The notes beneath the pieces are model-generated. The model was not told the origin of the DNA and searched no databases. It was given only the letters and a program-made list of their open reading frames with translations. Shown here in pieces: positions 41,176 to 53,382 of a stretch of 64,000 nucleotides of DNA. The stretch is taken from positions 86,056,001-86,120,000 of the forward strand of contig OX597816.1 of assembly GCA_951406725.2 (NCBI GenBank). Direction: 5' to 3'. This stretch comes from Octopus vulgaris (Eukaryota). Made by a program: the position numbers and the translations under genes. Position 1 is the stretch's first letter, and each line of letters begins with the position of its first letter.

Positions 41176-44100
41176 CTGCGTGAGTTGTGTCAATATGCAT
41201 ACCTGTCTCCGCGCGTTTGGAAAAAGGAGACCACTGGAAATTTCACAGGAATAACACCTCAAGAAGAGTGCTTCTATAAATTTATTTAATAAGTTAGAGT
41301 TGGTTACTAAATCGCCGTTACAATAATACTTCCATAATATAATTCTATATTTCTGAGATGAGGAATTCATATTATGTGTCTATATTAGACAGACTGGTGC
41401 CCCGCCTTAATTACTGATTTCACTACCCTTCGGCTGCTGTATGCTCAAATCTTCCGAGAAGGCTGGAGCGTACAACAGCCGGAATGATTTGAAAGCAACA
41501 ATCAAAATAAGGACGCCAGTCCGACTAATATAAATCGTATACTCAATACCTCGTATAAGACCCTAAGGAAAAAAATATAAATCAAATAATTTCTCCCAAC
41601 ATAAAATCGATTCGTAAGGCATTTATTATTCTTATAAATTATTGATTTACTTAATAAAGATAAATTCCTTGTAATACAAACAGCAATATGACGACTACGT
41701 TGAAGTGATATATTGCAGTTTGCAGCACCGGAAGTTACACTCCACCTACTTAGCCATCTTCAATGAGTATCTGTCGAATGTAAATGTTTTGATGGTAAGT
41801 CAACTGAATGTCCATTTGTAAATAATTGAAATTATCATAAAATTTTAGGAATAATTCAACACAAAAAATAGGTGGAAATTCGAGTGCGAACACAAATCAA
41901 TGATGGCTATAGCTAAATATTTAGTCTCTCTAGAGGTTTGGCTTTCTCAGAATTAAGAAAAAGTGTAAGAAACGCGAGCAAATGTTCCTTTACATTTTCC
42001 TATGATCTGTTGAATGTATTTGCCAATTATTCCTCCAATTAAATCATGCAGTGAGAAAGGGCACATGGAATATTGCATTTTACCCTATATGCAACCCAAT
42101 AGGATGGTCATTTGTGCAATCCCTGTGAGCATAAATATGATTACTCAAGATTCACTAAAAACTACAGATAACAGTTTGAGAACATATCAAAGTCTTCGCT
42201 TGGAAATAAATATTAGGACTAGTGTAGAAGATGCACTCAACGGTCAATTTCAATTTCGCTTTTTGATTGGCAGTATTAATAAATAATTTGTGCAATTTCA
42301 CAACTCTCAAGTGAAGAAAGTGCTATAAAAATATGTAACACATTTAACAACACTTTAGTACAGAAGATAAAGTTTCTGCCATGGATTTCCTACACAGAAG
42401 TTAAATCCACGGAAACCAAGACGACAGGAGCAAATGCACTATGATTCTGATGTTCTCTGGTGAAATGATTAATTAACGCTATGGCTGAAGTCAAAATTAG
42501 GAGTAAGATTGCATAGTATGCATTTATTGGAAAAGGTAAATACAAGTACCATGTTAGAAATTTTTTCTTCTGAAATATTACCAAGAGAAATTACGTCTAA
42601 TGTAAATTTTATCTAAAGGCTGTTCCATTACATCATTAAGAACGAATTCAGTGTGGATCATCGAACAGAAATGAATAGAAAGTTTACAACAAAGAAACTA
42701 CATACCACTATGAGAGAAGACACACACAAGCGCACGCGTCCACACATTAGATACATATATACATATTACACACAAACACACACACACAGATACAATTTAT
42801 AAAATTCGTTTACTGCGCATATCTCTCTATTATGTCCATATCTCTCTATTGTATCCACTGCTGTGGGAGTTCATAAAGCATTTGGAGGCAGATCCACGAC
42901 GGTTCTTCGGATAAACACTTCTTAGGTTATACTTACGCAGAGCGAATGTCTATGTTAACATCATGTGATCAAGTGTTCGATTGAAGTACTGTTGTGTATC
43001 TGCATATGAAGGTAATTTCAACACCCCCAATAGCTAAAAGTCTGTAAACAAATTGTATAAACTGTATTTTTTGTCAGTCATAGTTTTTCCCATGTTTGTT
43101 GTGTATATCATAATCTCTAGGGAAGAAAGATTTTACTAAATTCGAGCTGGTCAAAACGCAGCATGCACAGGTAAGACGTACTTTGAGAAAGAGAATTAAC
43201 TCTTGAGGTTATTACTTGGAAATAGAGCCGTCATCTACAGTGAAATCTGACAACATAAATCACCTGAAACCATACTGTAAGTTTTGAAATCAAGTTGTAT
43301 CTAACATACATTTGCGACCTGATTATGGTAACAACAACTATAGTAGTATAAGCGAAAATCTGTCCAAGTAGCTGTCGTTCGAAAATGCGCATGAAATAGA
43401 ATAAAACTATCATATAACTAAAAGCTATGTCAACCCTGTAGTTGTTCTGAATTGAATTTCTCTTGCAGGTCAATTGCTTGTCTTCAGATCTCTCAGAAAG
43501 CATACGGAAGTAATAGAGTTTATCCGGAAAATGGAGATTATTTGAGATATCTGTTATCTGTTATCTGAAGCGATCATAATCATAGACATATGTTTGTGTG
43601 TGCGCGTGCGTGTGTACATGTGCGTGCATGTATGTGTATGTGTCTCACGTGTTTTTACTAGCCAAATACAGCCTCTTCAATCGAATTGTTAAAGAAAATA
43701 AAAAACTAAATATATCGTTGACTGTTTGTCCGCGCTTCCAGACCCCAGAATACTTATTCCTCACCTGAAATACAATGGCTATTGTTTCCATGTCGCTGTG
43801 ACCATTGTTTTTATTGTTGTTGTCTATTCAGCTGGTTTGAGTGTTTCGCTATATATTTTGGGTTGTTGCTTAATCTCAGTTGCAAATCTTCTGTTTTCTA
43901 GGAGACGGACAGCTAGTATCACTGGTCAAACCACCTTTCCGTTTGATCGTTGCATTCATGCATTCATACGTGGCGACTGATTTTTATCTCCCACCCACGC
44001 TTAGATTCTATTAACTCTTGTAATTGAAATAATTAAGGAATCCAGAAAAGTACGCAGCTGTAACCAGCATTTAAACAATGAGCCAAATTACAGCCTTATT

Positions 44101-44602
44101 CTTCTGAGTAGTTGAAATGTATCCTTTCCCGTCTCTATTGCTCTTTTACCATTCGTTTCATGCTCCACTATATGAAGTGACGTCATCTCAGTTTACTCCT
44201 ATTGTTGTTTTCATGGCAATAATGCTGTCACTTCCAGAGGAGACATCACTGACGTTCTTTGCTCTGGTTTCTCTTTCTCCTTCTAATATTCTCTATTTAT
44301 TTCGATCTTTCTCACATTCCTCTTTATCAAATGTTATTATTCATTGACAAGTGTCGTTTCTTTTCCGCAAATATGACATTTTGACAATGACATATTTTAA
44401 ACCAGTGTTTCGCTTGGTGAAGGAACTGTAGAAAAAAGATCGCAATGAAAGGCAACGCATTACGTTTTCTAAAGGATTATCAATACAAATCAACGAAAAC
44501 TGACACGTCTCCAGGAAAATCATAATTCTTTTTTTTTTTTTTTAAGTTAAGGCACCTACTTGGAACGCCGCCACCAAGACGGAGTTCAACAACAACAATA
44601 GC

Positions 44603-44663
<61 letters not shown>

Positions 44664-44684
44664 ACGACAACAGCGGTAATAGTA

Positions 44685-44860
44685 ATGGCTTTAAATTTTG
44701 GCAAAGGGCAATCAGATTTTGAAGTGTGGGTGAAGTCGATTACGTGCATCTTAGTACTGGAATAATGCTTGTTTTATTAACCCCGAAACTGTGAATGACA
44801 AAGGTGATCTCAACGGAATTTGAACTCAGAAGGTGAAGACCGACGAAAATGCCGCCAAGC
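44685..44860 (-). mobile_element. SINE family B copy next to a (CAA)n tract
   Basis: cggaatttgaactcagaa and aagtcgattac, the reverse complement of 5450-5550. Confidence 0.75.
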
Positions 44861-45039
44861 AATTTCTTCTGTGTGGGTCATACACTTCTCTCAATACGCA
44901 GCAGAATTCAAGGTCAATCTGCGCCAAGCAGTTTACTCTTAGTGCTTCAGCTTCGTTACTACAGCAGCAGTCTGGATACTTATTGATCAGACCGCGTATA
45001 TACACGCACACACACATATAATACGCTGGGTGGATCTGA

Positions 45040-45096
<57 letters not shown>

Positions 45097-45100
<4 letters not shown>

Positions 45101-45780
45101 CGGAGAGAGAGAAGATAAGGGATTTAGTTCACTGGTGATCTAAAAGGATAGGAAGTGATATAACTGGTCACTCGTTATCTTCGAAGTTCACATTTGAAGT
45201 AGTAATCCGTATTGGGCTTACGTGTTAGCAGGTATATAGTATATTAGGGCGAAAAGGACAACAAAAACTAAGGCAGACCGAATATTTCAAGTCGTGCAGA
45301 ATAATTTAATTCGGGTAAATTTGAAATCTGACAGCTGTTTCTGGGATATCGCAAGTGATTTGCTAGCATGTCCGGGCACTGGATATTTCGTCGTCAGCGT
45401 CAAGTTGAGTATGTATAAATGTTCTAGATAGGGAAATTCACAGTCTATAAGGATTACAATTTTAGAATAAGGAGTAAAGTAGATAGAAGAATACAGACAG
45501 GAGAATAAAGTTCACAGCTCATCTTTTTCCAGAGGGCATGGAGGTTAGTCCGTACTTCCGAGAAGGTACGGACCAACCTCCAGACTAATTAAGTCATTAT
45601 ATATGACTTGAGATGCTCGTCTCATTAGTGCTTGGTGTCTTTCTGTTTTGCTTTATTTCTTTTTTTGTTTTCTTAACCCATTCTGCTGTTTTCTTTGTCT
45701 CATACTGATCAAAGTTATTTCCATGTAATATATTCTGATAATCAAATTAATTTTCTCCTTTTTCTCCTTGGTAAATCTAA

Positions 45781-45855
<75 letters not shown>

Positions 45856-45895
45856 GAATTTTGTTGACATCTTCGTTCAACTTCATTTATTTATT

Positions 45896-45897
<2 letters not shown>
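45097..45897. mobile_element. Non-coding PLE-like pseudo-LTR fragments with internal inversion
   Basis: Hammerhead-like motif on the minus strand, strand asymmetry flipping at hairpin 45539-45582, and 45852-45897 inverted-homologous to 47449-47497. Confidence 0.5.
45321..45403 (-). ncRNA. Degenerate minimal hammerhead-like motif
   Basis: CTGACGA ...atatc...gatat... GAAA CAGCTG TC: intact core and palindromic stem III, with stem I and the stem II base eroded. Confidence 0.55.
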
Positions 45898-45929
<32 letters not shown>

Positions 45930-45930
<1 letters not shown>

Positions 45931-47397
45931 TTTTTTTGTTCCTTGTTTCATCTCAGAGCTGCGGCCATGCTGATGCACCGCCGTCTTGTGCTACACTGTT
46001 ATTGCGAAGAACCTCGTTTAATATGTGGCACTTGGTGAAGAATGGAGTTTGATATAGCTACTCTCATTTGCACCTCTTGCCGTGAGGTTGGTTCATCTGG
46101 AACTCTCGACAGGAAGATGTCCAGCTATGATTTAAAAACCGCGACATCTACTTTGTGGAAGTTCCTCAGACTCTTTGGGAGAATATTAAAAAGCTGTGGG
46201 CCCTTGAAACCCAGGCTGTTGCACTAACTGGTCCTGAAGCGTGATGGCATTGCTGGGATCTTTGGCACTATGCAGTGTCGTCCCGTTCTAGCATTGGTGC
46301 AGCTTACAATGCCAAAATTTGGCACAATTCCTTCCAGGATCTTCCAGACATATATTACTGCATACCTCTCCCGTCTTCTCTCCAAGGAGTAGAGCCCTAG
46401 CTTTTTCAACCTTTCCCAGTAGCTGAGCTGTTGCAAAGAGACGATCTTCTTTGTGAATCTTCTCTGGATTGCTTCAAGGTCCGCTGTTAATTTTACGCTG
46501 GTGGGTGACCATAGCTGTGAGCAGTAATCCAGGCGGCTGAGGACGAATGTCCGCCAGAGGACCATCATGGTTTCCTTATCTCTGGTTCTGAATGTTCTTA
46601 GGATCCACCCAGCCAGTCGTCTGCACTTTGTCGCCATCCTGGTAATGTGCACTTGGAAAGAGGTATCGTCACTCATCTCGATACCCAGGTCCCTCACAGA
46701 CTTAGGCACTGGGACTGAAATTCCCTGTGGACCGGTGTATCCTGTAAGTTTAATATTCAGTTTTGGATGCTGGTAGCTCAGGGCCTGGAATTTTTCAGCA
46801 TTAAACTGCATATTATTATCCTCAGCCCATCTGTAGATTGAGTCAAACTCCTGCTGCAGGTGTGCAACATCGCTGGGGTTCTGTATTTTCTGCGAGACTT
46901 TCGTATCGTCTGCATAGCTGGCCAGTGTGGCTATCCGGGCATTAGAGCGCATATCTAAGAGGGCCACTATAAAAAGCAGTGGTCCCAAGACAGTGCCCTG
47001 TGTGTTCATGGAGGTGGCTCCATTAACCACTACTGCCTGACTCCTATCTTTCAGGAAGTCATGTAACCACACTCCAAGTTTTCCAGCTATGCCGAGGTCA
47101 CGCAGTTTGTGGCATATCATACCATGATCCACCTTGTCAAAAGCTTTTGCAAAATCAAGGTAGATTACATCCACATTTGATTTGTTGAGTAACTGCCTCA
47201 ACACCCAGTCATAATGTTGTAAGAGCTGGGTCAGCAGCTCCTACCTGGTCGAAAACCATGCTGGGCATCACTCAGCAAGTTATTTTCCTCAAGGAATGCG
47301 ATTAGTTTCTTTCTGAATATCCGTTCCATGACTTTGCTGATGTGTGAAGTCAGAGAGATAGGCCTATAGTTTTTGGCATCTGCTCTACTTCCCCCTT

Positions 47398-47402
<5 letters not shown>
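45930..47402 (-). mobile_element. 5'-truncated CR1-like LINE (RT plus 3' UTR) inserted in (TA)n
   Basis: Includes the RT and a 3' tail ending gcatggccgcagctctgagatgaaacaagg. TA tracts lie on both sides. Confidence 0.92.
46224..47400 (-). pseudogene. CR1-like reverse transcriptase, disrupted
   Basis: NYRPISLTSHISKVMER, QHGFRPGRSC, DVIYLDFAKAFDKVDH, QGTVLGPLLF (with a deletion of the preceding SGVP segment), YADDTK, LDYCSQLWSP, LERRRERY. Confidence 0.93.
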
Positions 47403-47448
<46 letters not shown>

Positions 47449-47451
<3 letters not shown>

Positions 47452-48110
47452 TAAATAAATAAAAGTATTTGAACGAAGATGTCAACAAAACTCCTTTACT
47501 CTCGACATATGTTTCGAAGACAACATGGCTCTATTCCAAAGAAATAAATGGTGCAAGATGCAATCTTCTCACAGGAAAGAAAGGGAGCCTCTCTCAACAA
47601 CAAGACAAAACAATAATTGCGATGATTGCCTACATGGTAAACAAAACGATAATAAGTGTTTAAAAAAAACCATTGGTAGAATTGAAGTCAATTTCAGATA
47701 GTAGTAAGAGAAGGGTTAAAGGAATAGTAAGTAGGGAACAAATAGAGGGAGAGGGATACGTTGATTAAAAGAATGTTCAAAAGCTTAGGAAAGAATTTAT
47801 CTATTGAAGCGGGATGCACGTTAAGCTAATTGTTCAAACTATAATGGCTATCGAAATCATTTATATGAGTAAAAAGTATGTTTCTGCCAGTGTTTACATT
47901 TGTACGATTTCTCTATAAGTGTATTTACAAGGGGATCCTTGTAAACTTCATTTATTTATTTATTCATATTTAACACACAAATTTCTGCACATGAACCCGG
48001 AGTTTCTACCCTAGGACAGGTCGCTTCAACCGTGTTTCTGACGTGAATTTGCTACCCTGGTAACGGTTCATCGAATTTTCCATGTTGACGGTAAACATAG
48101 GATAATTCAT
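47449..48110 (-). mobile_element. PLE-like pseudo-LTR fragment
   Basis: Contains a hammerhead-like motif; 47447-47462 is inverted relative to about 47950-47968. Confidence 0.5.
47499..47579 (-). ncRNA. Hammerhead-like motif with 1-nt core deletion
   Basis: CTTTC CTG-TGA GAAGA...TCTTC GAAA CATATG TC GAGAG: stems I and II and palindromic stem III are present, with a GUC triplet. Confidence 0.65.
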
Positions 48111-48114
48111 TCAC

Positions 48115-48198
<84 letters not shown>
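48115..48198. repeat. (ATCT)n microsatellite
   Basis: Seen directly. Confidence 0.97.
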
Positions 48199-48734
48199 AT
48201 ATATATATAATGTGTATGTATATGTATATATATATTTCTATGTATGTATATATATATATATATGTGCATACAATCTTAAACGCTCTATGTATTTGTATAT
48301 ACACTTACTTCACTATTAATTGTTCCACTTCATATATTCCGATATTCCACTATTACATTTTATATTCAACTTACTGAGAAGAGTGACGTATTGAACTTTC
48401 ACATATTGCAGATATTATTACATTGCATGCATGTTTTTCTTGCTTTAAGCACAACAAAATATGAAAATACTTTGAAATTACAGATTGAAAATTCAAATGA
48501 TCTAGGTGTGTTGATGCCGTCTAGTGTCTACGCAAGTAATATAGTTCTTGAAGATCTTTCCCACGAAATATGAATAATAATGATTATTATGAACATTTAT
48601 GTCTTTTGCACGGAATGTGATAACTATTTAGTAAACACGACGCTTTTGAATAGCTAAATCAGTTGCCACTTGAAAAACATTAGAAAATGTACATAGCTTG
48701 CTTGTAAGGTTATGTATCCATGTATAAATATGTA

Positions 48735-49148
48735 TAGGCGTAGGAGTGGCTGTGTGGTAAATAGCTTGCTAACCAACCACATGGTCCCGGGTTCAGTCCC
48801 ACTGCGTGGCATCTTGGGCAAGTGTCTTCTGCTATACCCCGGGCCGACCAATGTCTTGTGAGTAGGTTTGGTAGACGGAAACTGAAAGAAGCCTGTCGTA
48901 TATATGTATATATATATATATGTATGTGTGTGTTTGTGTGTTTGCTGTGTTTGTCCCCCTAGCATTGCTTGACAACTGATGCTGGTGTGTTTACGTCCCC
49001 GTCACTTAGCGGTTCGGCAAAAGAGACCGATAGAATAAGTACTGGGCTTACAAGGAATAAGTCCCGGGGTCGATTTGCTCGACTAAAGGCGGTGCTCCAG
49101 CATGGCCGCAGTCAAAATGACTGAAACAAGTAAAAGAGTAAAGAGTAT
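48735..49148 (+). mobile_element. Full-length SINE family A (tRNA-derived, LINE-like 3' tail)
   Basis: A-box tggctgtgtggta, B-box ggttcagtccc, internal TA/TG tract, (aaagagt) tail. At least five other partial copies occur in the window. Confidence 0.93.
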
Positions 49149-49248
49149 AATATGTTGGCAGCTTTGAATACCGAAGCATGTACAGCACTTCTAGCATTAG
49201 AGCAACAACAACAGCAACAACAGCAGCAAAGACGAGCACGACAACAAT

Positions 49249-49299
<51 letters not shown>

Positions 49300-49303
<4 letters not shown>

Positions 49304-49552
49304 AGGAAAAAATAAGAAAGGAATAATGAAGGAAAAAATAAGAAAGGAATATGAAGGAAAAAATAAGAAAGGAATATGAAGGAAAAAATAAGAAAGGAAT
49401 ATGAAGGAAAAAATAAGAAAGGAATATGAAGGAAAAAATAAGAAAGGAATAATGAAGGAAAAAATAAGAAAGGAATAATGAAGGAAAAAATAAGAAAGGA
49501 ATACTATAGGAGAATAATGAAGGAAAAAATAAGAAAGGAATACTATAGGAGA
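49300..49552 (+). repeat. Nine tandem copies of ATGAAGGAAAAAATAAGAAAGGAAT(A) at the element's 5' junction
   Basis: 25-26 bp units; the last two extend into actataggagaata. Confidence 0.95.
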
Positions 49553-50812
49553 ATAAGGCTTGTACTGAAGACTGAACTCAACTGCAAAAATTGCATTGAG
49601 GCCATTAACACCCTGGCACTTCCAGTAGTCCAGTACAGTTTTAATATCATTAACTGGAACCTTACGGAACTCTAACGCTTAGACAGGAAGACAAGAAAGT
49701 TACTGACATCCAAGAGCATGCACCACCCTAAGGCAGATGTAGACCGCTTGTACCTACCTAGAAGCAGCGGGGGGAGAGGAATGATGCAATTAGAGCTGTG
49801 CTATAAGACCTCTACTGTAGGAATGAACAGGTACCTATCTAGTACAAAGGACTGGATGCTGCGACTTGTGTGCGAACACGAAAGCAACAAAAAGCTGCAT
49901 TCTATTGTCAAGGAAGCCTATAAGTTCGAAAGGGAACTAGACATTAACCTTGAATCAGATGAAGAGCCGGAAACCACTGCTACCAAGCAAGCAAAGCGAA
50001 TCAAGCAGATTGCAAAAAAGAACGGGCAGAATCAAATTGAGAGGCGGTGGAGCCAGAAGCCCCTGCATGGACAATATATTCTCCGAAGCCAAAATGCTGA
50101 TGTAGACCAAGCAGCAACCCATCAGTGGCTGAAGAGCTCTGGTTTGAAAGCAGAGACTGAAGGTTTCATAATGGCAGCACAAGATCAAAGCTTGTTTACC
50201 AGAAATTACCAGGCTAACGTTCTCCGAAACGGTACTGACCCTAAATGCAGATTCTGCGACACATTTGACGAAACGATAGACCATCTCGTTTCGGGATGTC
50301 CTGTGCTGACACCAAACGAATACAAAAATCGCCACGATAGGGTAGGACAGTATATACATTGGAAGATATGTAAACACTACAAATCCGACACTCCTGCTAA
50401 CTGGTATGAACACCATCCTCAGCCAGTTGTTGAAGGTAAAGATGTCACCATCCTCTGGGATTTTCCAGTCAACACTGACAGAACGATCAAGGCTAATCGA
50501 CCAGACATAATTGTTAAAGACAGGGAAGAAAATACCTGCAGACTAATAGAAGTAAGCGTCCCCACTGATAAAAATGTATCTGTCAAGGAATTTGACAAAC
50601 TTAGTAAATATAAGGACCTGGAAATCGAAATACAGAGGATGTGGAATCTTAAAACAAAAACTGTTCCTGTTATTGTAGGTGCCCTAGGTATGATAAAAAA
50701 GGGATGTCAGAAACACCTAGACAATATCCCTGGAAAACCATGTCTCAAGGAAATCCAAAAGATTGTGCTAACAAGTACTGCCCACATCCTTAGAAAAACC
50801 CTATCAATGTAA
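49517..50812 (+). pseudogene. RLE retrotransposon ORF C-terminus (RT thumb, CCHC, restriction-like endonuclease), one in-frame stop
   Basis: CRFCDTFDETIDHLVSGC, RHD, RPDIIVKD..LIEVSVP..K..KYKDL (PD-(D/E)xK), PVIVGALG. TAA at 49673-49675. Confidence 0.93.
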
Positions 50813-51104
50813 ATGTCTGTGTTTGCATTACATGGAGACATATCTCTACTTCCCCTCCCCAAGCTTTCAGCTATATTTCAACAACTCTTAACCTTCACTT
50901 GCCCTAGGGCGCTGGGTGTGCCCCGGCAGATGATTGCATCAAACATGCAGATTAAAAGTAAATGACAATGATAATAATAATAATAATAATAATAATGATA
51001 ATAATAATCATAATAATAATAATAATGATGATGATGATGATGATGACGATGACAACAACAACAACAATAACACTAATAATAATAATAACAACAACAACAA
51101 CAAC

Positions 51105-51147
<43 letters not shown>

Positions 51148-51180
51148 TTATCCTTATTATTAATAATAATAATAATAATA

Positions 51181-52557
51181 TTAATTCAATATCGTTAACT
51201 AGTCAATTACTGAAATATGTCAGCTCGACAGAAAAATAAGAAAAATGTTGACAATGCATAGAATGCACCACCCTAAGGCAGATACAAAACGACTTTATCT
51301 GCCAAGAAAAGAGAGAGGCCGTTGTCTTTTGCAACTGGCAATAACAATGAAGATTGCAACAATTGGCCTTGACACCTACCTGAAAAAGTCTGAGGACTGG
51401 ATGTTAAAACTTTTCTCAAAACATGAAAACAAGAAAGCATCATACTCAGTAACAAAACAGGCAAAGGTATATCTAAGTGAATTCCGAATACAACCAATTT
51501 CGAAATTAGAGATCGACATACAAGAAACAAGCACAGAAAAAGCTAGGCGCATGAAAACCCGTGGCAAAACTGCGGCCTTAGATATTCTGAATAATAAATG
51601 GCAAGAAAAAACTCTTTATGGCAAATACCCAAAGAGAGCGAATAATGCAGATATTGACAAAGCCCTGACCCATCAATGGCTAATGGCCTCTGGCTTAAAA
51701 TCTGAAACAGAGGGATTTATCATAGCAGCTCAAGATCAATGCCTACCAACAAGAAACTACCAGGCCAACATATTAAAGAACGGCAGTAGCCCAACATGTC
51801 GTGTAAACCGACAACAAAATGAAACCATTGATCATGTTGTCTCCAAATGCAGTCTTCTAGCGCCTACAGAGTACCTCAACAGGCATGATGGAGCTGCACA
51901 ATATATTCACTGGATACTTTGCAAAAACCTGGATTTGCCCCATGAAAAAAGCTGGTGGGAACACAATCCACCTCCAGTGCTTGAAAATGACCGCATCTCA
52001 CTCCTCTGGAACTTCACCATTCAAACTGATAGGAAGATAGATGCAAATAGGCAAGACATCATAGTGAAAGACTTCAGACAAAGAACATGCCTCCTCATTG
52101 ATATGACTGTCCCAATCGATATATACGTATCTGTCAAGACCTACCAAAAACTGAGCAAATATAAAGATCTTGAAATAGAAATCAGCAAAATGTGGAAGCT
52201 GAAGACTAAAACAATACCTGTTGTCATAGGTGCCCTGGGAATGATAGCGAAAGGGACTGATTGCTACCTAACTCAGATACCAGGAAACCCCAAAATGGCA
52301 GAAATTCAAAAGATAGTGCTCATGGGAACTGCTCATATCCTACGCAAAATACTCTCTATGTAATCCCAAGGTTTAAAACAAACATTTTTTTTATTTATTT
52401 ATTAGACATTCACTAGTAAAACACCAAAAATAAAAACAAAACAAATATATGGCAGACTAGGCATAACAACAACGTGAACTTCCAGCCTGTTGTCTCTTGA
52501 GGTCTCTGGGTGAGACTTCGAGCCTACTTGTACAGACATAAAGCAAAAGTCAAACAT
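51181..52557 (+). mobile_element. R4/Dong-like RLE retrotransposon, 5'-truncated, subfamily 2 (ORF 51245-52363)
   Basis: MHHPKAD, mutated knuckle CRVN..ETIDHVVSKC, RHD, ANRQDIIVKD..LIDMTVP..KYKDL. (AAT)n flanks. Confidence 0.93.
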
Positions 52558-52597
52558 AGAATAGTAATAATAATAATAATAATAATGATAATAATAA

Positions 52598-52656
52598 CCT
52601 TTCTTGAGGTCTCTGGGTGAGACTGCCAACTTGTACAAATAAAGCAAAAGTCAAAC

Positions 52657-52658
<2 letters not shown>
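52598..52658 (+). mobile_element. ~60-bp 3'-terminal copy of subfamily 2
   Basis: Matches 52495-52557 and sits in (AAT)n. Confidence 0.85.
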
Positions 52659-52717
<59 letters not shown>

Positions 52718-52737
52718 TATTATAATAATGAAAATAA

Positions 52738-53291
52738 ATGCCCTGATGCAGTACCAGGCAGTGGCTCTCATGGCTTCTGATCTTAACTGATGGGAAGTGT
52801 TATCATTTACATTGTTTTGTCTTGGTATAAAAGATGGGCTACAGCAAATATTCTGCTCAATACCACAGATTTGCTTGTCAGGTGTTTGACTTTAACCAGT
52901 TGAGCATGTCCCTTAGTGGCTGACGATATGTGCATCTCTGATCACGAGCAGAAGTAGTGGGGGAGCATCATAGCCATGTGTTGAGAGGGATTCTTTGGGG
53001 TTTCAATAATTCACCTCTGGAAACATGGGTGGTTCTTTCAACATCCTTAAACTACCCTTATTCAGGGACCTTTTAAGCGGGATGGGCTACTCAACTTGAA
53101 GAAATTTCTAACTGGGCCCCACCTGCAAGGTCATGTGCTGTTTATCTTGATATGAGATCACCATGTCGCGCACATATGGTTGTGATGCATGTGCCTGGTG
53201 TACCCTTATCAGACGGGTAGTCATGATGGGTATATTGGGCTTCGTATATTTTACCCGTGTCACTTTGATGGCATGAACTGCTCTCTCACTC
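52738..53291 (+). mobile_element. Non-coding ~550-bp element embedded in (AAT)n, putative non-autonomous retroelement
   Basis: Complex non-coding block with sharp edges against AAT repeats and no recognisable Pol III boxes or ORF. Strand is inferred from the neighbours. Confidence 0.55.
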
Positions 53292-53317
53292 AATAATAAT
53301 GATAATAATAATAATAA

Positions 53318-53382
53318 CCTTTCTTGAGGTTTCTGGGTGAGACTTGGAGCCAACTTGTACAAATATAAAGCAAAAGTCAAAC

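Larger units (their letters stand above)
49297..50964 (+). mobile_element. R4/Dong-like RLE retrotransposon, 5'-truncated, subfamily 1
   Basis: Flanked by (AAT)n on both sides; carries thumb, CCHC and RLE domains and a 3' UTR. Confidence 0.93.

Noticed and set aside
25305-47402. The two CR1-like halves in opposite orientation as one element split by a 20-kb inversion
   Set aside because: They overlap by about 118 nt with about 14 mismatches, so they are independent copies.
48735-48810. tRNA genes at SINE heads
   Set aside because: No complete cloverleaf, and the heads continue into multi-copy SINE bodies.
49300-49552. CRISPR-like short direct repeats
   Set aside because: No unique spacers, the unit is retrotransposon coding sequence, and the context is eukaryotic.
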